DNA from: Sanchytrium tribonematis
Lineage: Eukaryota
Direction of reading: 5' to 3'
Length of the DNA: 32,908 nt
Assembly: GCA_018985235.1 (NCBI GenBank)
Contig: JADGIG010000044.1
Location: forward strand, 1-32,908
Shown: piece after piece, positions 20,216 to 29,162 of the stretch
How positions within the stretch are numbered: position 1 is the stretch's first letter
How the letters are laid out: each line of letters begins with the position of its first letter
Made by a program: the position numbers and the translations under genes
The notes under the pieces: generated by a model
What the model was told of the DNA's origin: nothing
Seen by the model: the letters and a program-made list of their open reading frames with translations, nothing else
Databases searched by the model: none

Positions 20216-21232
20216 TTATTGGTGATACACTGTTAATCCCAACCAGTAAAATACAATTCCAAATAATGCTTCTTCTCCAATCTCAACCATATCATATAAA
20301 ATCACTTTAGTTTCAGCACTAGAAGCATCTTCTTTTCTCAATTTCAATTCACCTTTACGTAATTTTAATCCTTGTAAAATATCAGCGCATTCTGTAGGTG
20401 TTTTTGTCCCATAGTTTTTAACAGTGCATCCATTTGCCAATGCTGACTGACAGGCATCTTTTGCTTCTTCATTACACGTTCCTAAATGTAAATTAAGTAA
20501 ATCGACATCATAGCAACTATAACTACGCGGTGGTACTCCTTCTGGACATATTTCTACATGCGAGGATCTGTCACAGTCACCCAATCCAAATACACACTCA
20601 CCCAATTTCGCATTTGATTTATCATAGGATTTTTGTGCTTCATTAGCAACTTCGGTGAAGGAATTTGTTTTGACTTCTTCCAACTTGCGATTAAATGTTG
20701 TGAGTTCGTGCAATCCACCAATTCCCATTAATCCCACAATTAATAAAACCACTTTTGCCCATTTGGGATTTATAGAAGCCACTCCATTTCTCAGACGTCT
20801 GAATTGTTCTTGACCAAAATCAGATAAAGTCACAGTGGGTGCAGAATTGTCATTTGCACTTGATGTGTCACCAACTGTATCTATTTCAAATTCATCTGGA
20901 TCCCGACTATCTCTAGTGCCGACTTGTTCATACCCATTTTGCATTCTCTTTTTCAAATGACCGTTGCGTGTCAATTTGACACCTGCATATTGCAAAATGC
21001 TACCAAGACATTCTTTGTGTTGCAAGCCATATGTTCTAATTCTATTTAATAATTGGTTGGCTAGATCTTTAGCCTGACCAACAGGGCAGCTTGATGGATC
21101 TAACAAACACTTTGGGATAAACATATTGTAATTTGCTACTAAACTTTGGCCATCTACCATTGTGGATTTCAATGATTTCAAATTACATCTACTCGCCATC
21201 ATTGAGTACAGTACAATTGTAAATAGTACCAT
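20216..21232 (-). CDS. Family B copy 1: signal + Cys pro-region + KKR site + two hydrophobic helices flanking a Cys-rich coiled-coil loop (338 aa)
   Basis: MVLFTIVLYSMMA, LKKR/MQNGY, WAKVVLLIVGLMGIGGL, HLGTCN...ALANGC, C-terminal ALFGIVFYWLGL. Confidence 0.8.
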   Translation of the reverse strand: MVLFTIVLYSMMASRCNLKSLKSTMVDGQSLVANYNMFIPKCLLDPSSCPVGQAKDLANQLLNRIRTYGLQHKECLGSILQYAGVKLTRNGHLKKRMQNGYEQVGTRDSRDPDEFEIDTVGDTSSANDNSAPTVTLSDFGQEQFRRLRNGVASINPKWAKVVLLIVGLMGIGGLHELTTFNRKLEEVKTNSFTEVANEAQKSYDKSNAKLGECVFGLGDCDRSSHVEICPEGVPPRSYSCYDVDLLNLHLGTCNEEAKDACQSALANGCTVKNYGTKTPTECADILQGLKLRKGELKLRKEDASSAETKVILYDMVEIGEEALFGIVFYWLGLTVYHQ

Positions 21233-21449
21233 TGACAGGGGTGTTTGACTATCAATTTTGTCAATTTAACTTGATCTTTGCGTTGGGGTAACACGTGCTG
21301 CTGTATTTGAAAGGAAATGTAATTTGATTGGACGATAAGAATGATAATGGTATAAGAACTCAAATTGTTTATTTTACCATCTCCAATCCCAGTACATATG
21401 CCACACATGCAGCCAACAATTTGATGGGACTGGCACTGAATGAGAATAT

Positions 21450-22370
21450 TCAAATCAAATTGTTTATTATTTTCTCAATCTCCATTCCCAAATAATACAA
21501 TACTATTCCAAGCAAGACATATTCTCCAATTTCTAAAAATGTATAGAAAATCACTTTAGATTTAGCAAAATATGGTTCTATTTGTTGTAGATCCAATTGA
21601 TTTTTCAATTGATTGATTCTAATCTGGTTAAGAGCACATGCTTCAGATGATTTTGAACCATATTGGGTAATTTGACATCCATTTGCCAATGCATTATTGC
21701 ATGATTCTAATAAATTTGGATTGCAAATACCCAGATGCGATTCAATTACATTTTCATGGTGATTACTGGTACATGTTGGATTAAACTGAAAGAAACAATT
21801 TGCATCAAACTCTGATTTTTGATTTAAATAGTGTTGATAATTGGTTTTGTACGCATTTAGAAGCATATTTGTTTCTGATACTTTGATATCAAAATGGAAA
21901 TCTGTGATTCCATAAGCTGCACCAATGGCTATTAATCCTACAATTAATAAAATGATTTTTGCCCATTTAATATTCATTTGACCATCTCGGAATAAACCTA
22001 GCATATTTTGAATAGTGGGTTCCTCAAAGCTCGTTGTTGGTGATTCAACATCTGCAGTTACTGGTTCATACCCATTTTGCATTCTCTTTTTCAAGTGATC
22101 GCGTGTCAATTTGACACCTGCATATTGCAAAATCCCATCTTGACATTCTTTGTGTCGCAAGCCAAATGTTCTAATTCTCTTCAATATTTGGTTGGCTAAG
22201 TCTCTAGTTCTTTTAACAATGGGGCATCTTGATGGTTCCAACAAAGACTCTGGAATGCTACTTTGATGTTCATCTACCAAACTTTGGCCAATTGCCATTG
22301 TGGCTTTCAATTGCTCTAGTTTACATCTACTTGCCATCATTGAGTACATTACAATTGTAAATAGTACCAT
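21450..22370 (-). CDS. Family B copy 2 (306 aa)
   Basis: Close paralogue of 20216..21232 with a near-identical N-terminus, ILQYAGVKLTR..LKKRMQNGYE and HLGICN...ALANGC. Confidence 0.8.
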   Translation of the reverse strand: MVLFTIVMYSMMASRCKLEQLKATMAIGQSLVDEHQSSIPESLLEPSRCPIVKRTRDLANQILKRIRTFGLRHKECQDGILQYAGVKLTRDHLKKRMQNGYEPVTADVESPTTSFEEPTIQNMLGLFRDGQMNIKWAKIILLIVGLIAIGAAYGITDFHFDIKVSETNMLLNAYKTNYQHYLNQKSEFDANCFFQFNPTCTSNHHENVIESHLGICNPNLLESCNNALANGCQITQYGSKSSEACALNQIRINQLKNQLDLQQIEPYFAKSKVIFYTFLEIGEYVLLGIVLYYLGMEIEKIINNLI

Positions 22371-22471
22371 TTTAAAAAAGAGGAGGTTTGACTGTTAAAC
22401 GATGATGCCATTAAAAGTGCCTGGGGAAACATGTGGTTAAACAAAAGTCATTTCATCAATTTATCATTTAT

Positions 22472-23500
22472 TTATTGAAAAATTGATTTTTTTAATTCAT
22501 AGAGAAAGACTGGCCATATCGCTCCCATGATAAATGCAATCACTTTAAGAGTTAAATCAATCCCATCACTATTCCCTGCTAATAGTGCTTTGTATCTCTT
22601 GTCATTCAAATTCTGTTTATAAGTAGCATCTAAACCAATACATTCTTCAGTAGTGTTTAATCCTTCTTGTACAATCAAGCATCCATTTTGTAATGCTCCC
22701 TCACACAATTCTCCAACCCATTTCACATTTGTATTGCAAGTACCTAATAATGGATCCACAAGTTTCTCTTCATAGCATGCAGCACCGGATGGACTTGATC
22801 GCGGACAAATTACTTCTGTTCTTGATACTGGGCATTCATCATTTAAATCAAACTTGCATCCCAGTTGTAATGCCATTTCTGATGCTCTCAATTGATCTCG
22901 AGCTGTTTTTAATGCTTCATTTGCTACAGCTGATTTAGGAAGATGACTAAAAAGTCCATATAATACACCACATAAAAATAAACTCATAAGAAATACAAGA
23001 GTCATAGTTTCTCTTACTGTGAATTTGACTTCGCTGAACTGCACATTTCGCGTGGCTACCACTCCATCAGTTGGAACATTATTTGCTGCTGCTTGGATTG
23101 ATACATCATTTGCATCGGGTTGTGAAATGACTGGTGAATCAGGTTGAGCTTGATTTTCTTCGTCTTCACTTTCTTCACTATCAACTCTGTTGTACCCGCT
23201 ACCTCTACCACCTCTCTTGTGCAGTCGTTCTTGCCCTGGGGCCGTTTTTTCTAATTCTAATACTTTGAGACATTCTGGATATTTCTCCAACAATTTCTCT
23301 AATCGACGCCATCGCAACTGAGCATACTCATTTTCGCCTGATTTACGAGGACATTGTGATTCATCTTTGATTCTCACCAACTTTTTAATTGAGTCTTCAT
23401 GTTTTGCAAGAAATGGTTCAGAATCTCTGGCCCACTTCTTAAGTGGCTTCCGATTGCATTTCTTTGCCATGACAATACACAACAAAATTGGGAAGAGCAT
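22472..23500 (-). CDS. Family B copy 3, divergent (342 aa)
   Basis: ATG 23500 gives signal MLFPILLCIVMA. LHKR/GGRGSGYNRV, TM, GCKFDL..C..S..EVICP......CY, LLGTCN...ALQNGC, C-terminal TM. Confidence 0.8.
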   Translation of the reverse strand: MLFPILLCIVMAKKCNRKPLKKWARDSEPFLAKHEDSIKKLVRIKDESQCPRKSGENEYAQLRWRRLEKLLEKYPECLKVLELEKTAPGQERLHKRGGRGSGYNRVDSEESEDEENQAQPDSPVISQPDANDVSIQAAANNVPTDGVVATRNVQFSEVKFTVRETMTLVFLMSLFLCGVLYGLFSHLPKSAVANEALKTARDQLRASEMALQLGCKFDLNDECPVSRTEVICPRSSPSGAACYEEKLVDPLLGTCNTNVKWVGELCEGALQNGCLIVQEGLNTTEECIGLDATYKQNLNDKRYKALLAGNSDGIDLTLKVIAFIMGAIWPVFLYELKKSIFQ

Positions 23501-23752
23501 TGCACGTTCAAAAGGGGGATAAATGGTCAGATAGAATGATGTCATTTTAGAGACATGCGTAAACACGTGCATTGAAAATGGCGCAATTTGATGATCTGTG
23601 CATTTGATTCCAAATATTTGATTTTATTGTACGAATGGATGAAATTTTCAAATTAATATTCTCTTTGTTTTTTTACAAAGAGAAGTAGGGAAGAAACATG
23701 TTCATTGTCACTTTATAGTTGATTGAGAGCGCAACAAAAAGAAACAGAAAAA

Positions 23753-24169
23753 ATGATATTTTCAGATGATCAGTATTACTCACTGAAACAACAACTGGGT
23801 ATCGGCAACATTGAATTGAAGCCAGTTTCAAAATATACCATTTTATTTGAATTTGATGATTTAATGGCTTCTTTAGGACAATATATGGTGGATAATAGAA
23901 TAATTCATAGATTTGATGCAAAAGTTACTTTTATCCGAGTCAATAGATTCCAGAATCCATTATTCACTGTAAAAATGGATCATGATGAAATTAAATGTGA
24001 CAATATTTACATGGATTTGAAGAATATTGAGATGCCATCTATCAAATTATCTAGATACCATAAATTGATGAATCATTTGGTGAAATATCAATTTTATGAT
24101 CTGAGAGGTTTGAGTGTAAATCCATACAATTATTTGAAACAAATCAGTTTTATTTTAATGGGAATTTAA
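23753..24169 (+). CDS. Hypothetical protein (138 aa)
   Basis: ATG in AAA context, ends TAATAAA, no recognised motif. Confidence 0.6.
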   Translation: MIFSDDQYYSLKQQLGIGNIELKPVSKYTILFEFDDLMASLGQYMVDNRIIHRFDAKVTFIRVNRFQNPLFTVKMDHDEIKCDNIYMDLKNIEMPSIKLSRYHKLMNHLVKYQFYDLRGLSVNPYNYLKQISFILMGI

Positions 24170-24175
24170 TAAATT

Positions 24176-24508
24176 TTATTTGTTGCAATATCGAACATGA
24201 CTTGCAATTTCCCTTATAAAAGATCCTTTTACACGTGGATCAGTACTGGGTACAAGTTTAGTTTTTTCACATTTGCCAGATTTGACCCAAACTGGAGAAT
24301 CCAAATCCAAATAATGACTCCAATGTTTCTTAATATGTTTAAATGTCATTTTTATGTTTTTATATGACTTGATTCCAACTTTTCCAGTTGCTAACCAATT
24401 TTGAGTGTTTTTGATGGCTGTGTATGTTAAATCAAAGTGTTTAACTTGTTGAATCTGAAATGTCTTGACACCATATGCAATAGATAATAATGTGATCAAA
24501 GCCATCAT
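24176..24508 (-). CDS. Small basic secreted protein (110 aa)
   Basis: Signal MMALITLLSIAYG, upstream CCC and GATTGG motifs, stop inside AATAAA. Confidence 0.7.
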   Translation of the reverse strand: MMALITLLSIAYGVKTFQIQQVKHFDLTYTAIKNTQNWLATGKVGIKSYKNIKMTFKHIKKHWSHYLDLDSPVWVKSGKCEKTKLVPSTDPRVKGSFIREIASHVRYCNK

Positions 24509-24642
24509 TTTATTGAATTGGGACTAATTCTATTTATGATTAAATTGGAAATCAAAGGCCAATCAAAGAAACGCGTTAAAATTAATAAATGACTTGCAGA
24601 GATAAATCATTTAACAGCAAGGCTTGCCCTCATTTCCATGTT

Positions 24643-24680
24643 CCATAAACAGAATCACTGCACGGTGATTGCACCCAATC
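24643..24680 (+). promoter_or_regulatory. Conserved promoter block shared with 26253-26290
   Basis: CCATA(A/T)ACAGAA....TGCACGGTGATTGCA(C/T)CCAATC ends ~57 nt upstream of the ATG in both Cys-rich paralogues. Confidence 0.7.
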
Positions 24681-24736
24681 AAATGACCTTGATTAAACTG
24701 ACTTTTGATTAAACACCAGTTCATCCCAAATAACAA

Positions 24737-25096
24737 ATGTTGATTTCTTTATTATTTGCTTCAACTGAAATAGCACAAGTATCTACCGTGGGAGAGGGTG
24801 AATTATGTGGATGGCAAAATAACAATGCAATTTGTAAGGGATATTGTAGTTTATGGGGAAAATGTAGAACTTCAATTTGGTTTAAATTCAATTGTCAGCC
24901 AGCTACCAGTCAAACATTGTGTTATGATAATGGTAAATGTGGTGAACAGCCTAATGGGACTAAAAGATTTTGTACTAAAGATCGATATTGTAGTTCATCC
25001 AAATATTGTGGCGTCACTTATGAATATATCAATACGTGTAGCATTGAATATAGTGGTCCTGATACATGTAAAATTGATCATCCCCCAAAGGAGTGA
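24737..25096 (+). CDS. Small secreted Cys-rich protein with hevein/CBM18-like chitin-binding modules (119 aa)
   Basis: CGWQNNNAICKGYCSLWGKC and CG......C....YCSSSKYCG.T..Y...C resemble the hevein CG....C....CCS..G.CG consensus. Confidence 0.7.
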   Translation: MLISLLFASTEIAQVSTVGEGELCGWQNNNAICKGYCSLWGKCRTSIWFKFNCQPATSQTLCYDNGKCGEQPNGTKRFCTKDRYCSSSKYCGVTYEYINTCSIEYSGPDTCKIDHPPKE

Positions 25097-25332
25097 CAAT
25101 TTTAACAAATAAAAAGAGTTTTAAACACATTTTATTTTGAAACATTGTACAACCACATGATATTCCAATACGAACTACGCCACTAAAGCCAACAATCCGA
25201 TGGATTTTAAATCGACTCGTGCAGCAAGTGCTTGCCAAATTTGCAAGTACCAATAATTGTCAGGCAAGCTACTTTGCCCAATCAAATGGCATTGCAATCC
25301 ACTATTTAAATCATGTACCCACACATGGTAAA

Positions 25333-26190
25333 ATGTTTTACATGATACTACAACCCATCTCGGCATCAATCCAATGTGGACTCATTGATGGTAAGCGCAC
25401 AGTTAAATGTCCAGCTGGATATGCTTGTAGTTCAAAGAACATTTGCACAAAATTAACCACGCCAATGCGAGAACCAGATTGCATTCGAGAATTTAGTTTG
25501 ACGGGTACATGTAGGAAGAAATTATGTGACAATTCTGGTAAATCGGAATATACATGTCCAGATAAATATCAATGTGAAATATTTCACAATGGCAGATTTG
25601 GCATTTGTAAAGAAGATGTGCCACCTCAAGGGGATCCTCAATATTGTTATAACAAAAAATCTGGCAGTAGAACATGTACAGATGACGAATATTGCGACAA
25701 GGGAAACTATGCAAACGTTAAAAAAGATCTACGATTTCTTGATGGCTTATGTTTTAAACAGGAATGCGGTGTGAAAAATGGCAAAGTGCTTCAGTGTGTG
25801 GATCCTGACAAACCAAATTGTTTTTTGAGTGCATTTCAAAAGAAATTAGGCAATGACAAAGGATATTGTCTTCCTGGTGGAGATGATGAGTATTATCCTT
25901 GCGATGGCAAATACAGTTACAATGGAGCTTGTGAGCATAAGACACCCCCTTTATTTACCCCTACTCAAAGTCAACAAGATTCAATTCGTAAAAATTGTGA
26001 AAAGGAGAACCCAGATTATGGAACTTGTGGTCTTTATAGCGATTGTGATGGATCAGACTTCATACTCCCAATGTCCTGCTTACATGACTCATATTGCAAT
26101 TTTTACTCGGATATTATGGGAAATTGCGATTCAGTTCCAAATAACAATGGTACTTGTGAGAGCAATTTTGGAAAAGACTGTCCAGAATAA
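25333..26190 (+). CDS. Secreted Cys-rich multi-module protein, degenerate hevein-like repeats (285 aa)
   Basis: First ATG 25333 follows a CCC motif. Repeated CG...G....C.....C......C units. Confidence 0.7.
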   Translation: MFYMILQPISASIQCGLIDGKRTVKCPAGYACSSKNICTKLTTPMREPDCIREFSLTGTCRKKLCDNSGKSEYTCPDKYQCEIFHNGRFGICKEDVPPQGDPQYCYNKKSGSRTCTDDEYCDKGNYANVKKDLRFLDGLCFKQECGVKNGKVLQCVDPDKPNCFLSAFQKKLGNDKGYCLPGGDDEYYPCDGKYSYNGACEHKTPPLFTPTQSQQDSIRKNCEKENPDYGTCGLYSDCDGSDFILPMSCLHDSYCNFYSDIMGNCDSVPNNNGTCESNFGKDCPE

Positions 26191-26348
26191 ATCAAATTTA
26201 AAAATCTCTTCAAACTCGATTTTGCAGTAAATTCTGTGCTCATTTAAGTGAGCCATATACAGAACATGTGCACGGTGATTGCATCCAATCCAATCACGAA
26301 ATAGATTATGGTTAATGATTTAAGGAGTCATCGTCTCTTTTTTTACAA

Positions 26349-27038
26349 ATGAATTACATTTTGATGACTTTATTATTTGCAGAAATATCTTATGCTAAAG
26401 TGGGCCAGGGCTGTGGATGGCAAAACAAGAATACAATGTGTGATGGATTATGCAGTTTGGAAGGGGTTTGTATGCCAAATAAAAAGATATACAGATCAAA
26501 ATGCCAGTCACATGCTAGTAAAGCATTGTGTTTTGGAGATGGAACTTGTGGGAATTTTGACAATGGTATCAAGAAATTTTGTGCAAGAAACCATGTGTGC
26601 GAAGAAGGTAAATGTGTTACAGCAACGGACCATTTGGGTTATTGTGACAGTACCTTTTCAGGGCCCAATGCGTGTGGCGATATTCAGTGCGGAGGAGGAC
26701 AATATTGTCCGATTTACAAGCCATATTGTTTGTCAGACAGTTCCACTACAACTGGATATTCATGTCAAGTGGACGCGCCATTTCAACAGGATTGTCAAGC
26801 ATTTAGTTCTCTAGATAGGTGCCCACTTCAGGTAATACCTTGTGGAGAGCTTACCACGTCTCAACACACCGCCGTGGTAAATTGTCCAAAAGAAATCCCA
26901 TATTGCGTCGAAAAGTATAATCCTAGTTTTTTTGCTACAGTCAGCGTCTGCCAAAAAGAATTTAATTACAGGATTAGTGGCCAAACATGTTTTCCTGAAA
27001 ACAGTTCTTCCGAATGTCCCGGACCCTCACCGCCATAA
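26349..27038 (+). CDS. Secreted Cys-rich hevein/CBM18-like protein, paralogue of 24737..25096 (229 aa)
   Basis: VG.G..CGWQN.N..C.G.CSL.G.C, CQ...S..LC...G.CG...NG.K.FC and SGP..C shared with 24737; extra C-terminal modules. Confidence 0.75.
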   Translation: MNYILMTLLFAEISYAKVGQGCGWQNKNTMCDGLCSLEGVCMPNKKIYRSKCQSHASKALCFGDGTCGNFDNGIKKFCARNHVCEEGKCVTATDHLGYCDSTFSGPNACGDIQCGGGQYCPIYKPYCLSDSSTTTGYSCQVDAPFQQDCQAFSSLDRCPLQVIPCGELTTSQHTAVVNCPKEIPYCVEKYNPSFFATVSVCQKEFNYRISGQTCFPENSSSECPGPSPP

Positions 27039-27045
27039 AATAAAT

Positions 27046-27894
27046 TTATTTCAAAAATTCATGATTTTGAGCATCTGCTACACGATTCAATGTTCCACGC
27101 CATAATCCCATTGCAAAATCAATAAATGCGTCATTTCCTTTTCCATATTCTTGATTAATAAAATCCCATTGCACATAATCTCTCCCATATTTCAATTCCA
27201 ATAAAGATCCCCCAATTCTCTTCAAATTCCCTTGAATCTCTATTAATAATTCATTTCCTTGCTTCATAGTGGCACTATTATCTATAAATTTATAAATTCC
27301 ATCACAATTGACAATATTCTGTAATTGCAAGTCATTGTGATATAAATAATGTATTTGTAATTCATGCAATCCATTTAATACTTGAATGGCATAATCTTTG
27401 ATATATTCATTAGAATGTTCACCTGAATATGCATTTAATGATCCACTACAATATTCCATTAATACACCAGATTGCACCACATTAGAATCTGAAACAGATT
27501 TCAATTTTGGATAAAATTCAAATGATTTGACGTGATGCACTAAATCATAGGTTAATGCCATTTGTCCAACAAAATATTCATGATAAATAGTATCAGATGG
27601 ATTAGAAGTGAGATATGGATTCATTAGATTATATTTAAATGCATAAATTTGACCATTTTGACGCACTTTAATGACTTTGCCATTATCTCCTTGACCAATT
27701 AGTTGAATAAAATGGATGTTTTTTGGTAATGGGATATCCAAATCACATAGATGATGCTCGCCATGTTTATGAGTATGGAATCTCAGATTGCCCATTAAAA
27801 TATTCTCACAAGATAATAAATAATCGTGGTGATTCTTCAAGATACTAGATGGATTCATTGATAGCATCGCAAAGATAACAGTGATAAACATCAT
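27046..27894 (-). CDS. Divergent protein-kinase-like protein with predicted signal peptide (282 aa)
   Basis: IGQGDNGKV, YAFK, HE, LMEYCSGSL, HNDLQLQNI and KFIDNS; hydrophobic N-terminus MMFITVIFA. Confidence 0.8.
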   Translation of the reverse strand: MMFITVIFAMLSMNPSSILKNHHDYLLSCENILMGNLRFHTHKHGEHHLCDLDIPLPKNIHFIQLIGQGDNGKVIKVRQNGQIYAFKYNLMNPYLTSNPSDTIYHEYFVGQMALTYDLVHHVKSFEFYPKLKSVSDSNVVQSGVLMEYCSGSLNAYSGEHSNEYIKDYAIQVLNGLHELQIHYLYHNDLQLQNIVNCDGIYKFIDNSATMKQGNELLIEIQGNLKRIGGSLLELKYGRDYVQWDFINQEYGKGNDAFIDFAMGLWRGTLNRVADAQNHEFLK

Positions 27895-28000
27895 TCCCCG
27901 AAAGTTTGACCCTAACTCTGAGAATCTGTTTTGTGTTACATACTAAAAATTAGTAAATTTGTGCGACCATTTGCAAATCATATTTTATTTTTAAATCATT

Positions 28001-28987
28001 TTATGAATCACAGCCACAATGATTTCCACATTTCTCAAAATTCTTTTGTTTTAAATACATGATATCGGGTTTGACATGATGTGACAATAAATCTGTTGGT
28101 TTACATCTATGAGAATCATTAATGTCATTTGAATGAAGTAATTTGACATTTGTAGAAGACAACCAAATACCTAATGCGGCATCTTCATTAGGCATCATTT
28201 TAAGCCATTTCATTTTAGATTGTTTGGATATATATTGCACGATATCAAATGACATACCGAATCCACAGCCAATTGGGAAATTGGGATATCTCGTATTGGA
28301 ATATACTAAATTTTCAAATTGACCTGATTTTTGTACTTTAAAATTGACGGCTATAGTACCAATGACAGTTTTAGGTTGATGATTTGCGAATAATTGAAAT
28401 AATCTTTTCATATCTATCCATACATCTGTATCTGTTTTGAATAGCCAATTGGCTGTAAAATGATCTGAAACATATTCGTATATATGGGTCATTTTAGTGG
28501 TTAAATTTTTATATGAATCCATCATATCTAGTAATACGATATCCTGATATTGTTCTTGTTCCATTTTAGCAGCTTGTAATTGCTCAGGGGTGAAACCTGA
28601 TTTGCCAAAAAAGAAGATTAATTTGGAATCAGATGGAATTTTGGATTTCCATGTGGTTCTGACTGCCATTCTACTTTTAAACGCATTGATATCTGCAGGG
28701 ACTACAAATATCATGTTGTAATGTGGTTTAGTGGGCACTAATGGGAGTTGAATTTTGGATTCATTTTGAATAGGTGTATTTGCTTGTGTGTTTTCTATAG
28801 TGGGTTGCTTTTCAATTAATTTTGATGGTGTGATTTTCAAATTGGATTTAGTGAATGGATTGTAGAATGTAATCCAACTAAAAAAGACAATGAGTAAAAA
28901 TACCAAATAAATTCTATATTTTATGAATATTCCTGTTTTAGGGCTATTCTCTTTAATTTCACTAGTTGGAAAATATTGGTAACGCAT
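28001..28987 (-). CDS. GT31-family (beta-1,3-galactosyltransferase-like) type II Golgi glycosyltransferase (328 aa)
   Basis: N-terminal TM, R.AVRTTW, E...Y.DIV.....DSYKNLTTK, KTDTD (DxD), YP.F..G.G, EDAALGIW. Confidence 0.92.
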   Translation of the reverse strand: MRYQYFPTSEIKENSPKTGIFIKYRIYLVFLLIVFFSWITFYNPFTKSNLKITPSKLIEKQPTIENTQANTPIQNESKIQLPLVPTKPHYNMIFVVPADINAFKSRMAVRTTWKSKIPSDSKLIFFFGKSGFTPEQLQAAKMEQEQYQDIVLLDMMDSYKNLTTKMTHIYEYVSDHFTANWLFKTDTDVWIDMKRLFQLFANHQPKTVIGTIAVNFKVQKSGQFENLVYSNTRYPNFPIGCGFGMSFDIVQYISKQSKMKWLKMMPNEDAALGIWLSSTNVKLLHSNDINDSHRCKPTDLLSHHVKPDIMYLKQKNFEKCGNHCGCDS

Positions 28988-29162
28988 GCTGAACGAGGGT
29001 GTTTGTTACTTTTAATGTCATTTCCCATTATGTGCAAGGATTCTCAGAAATTTACAATGTTTTGATTGGGTCTTGAAATCACGTCGATGATTTGATTGGA
29101 GAAGATAAATTGGAATTAAATGCACGGGGAGACATTCTGCAAAATGATATTCATCCTATTTA

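Noticed and set aside
25093..25332. Joining 24737..25096 and 25333..26190 into one spliced gene
   Set aside because: AATAAA follows the first stop, and the second gene has its own CCAATC, CCC and ATG with a hydrophobic start. No tiny intron bridges them.
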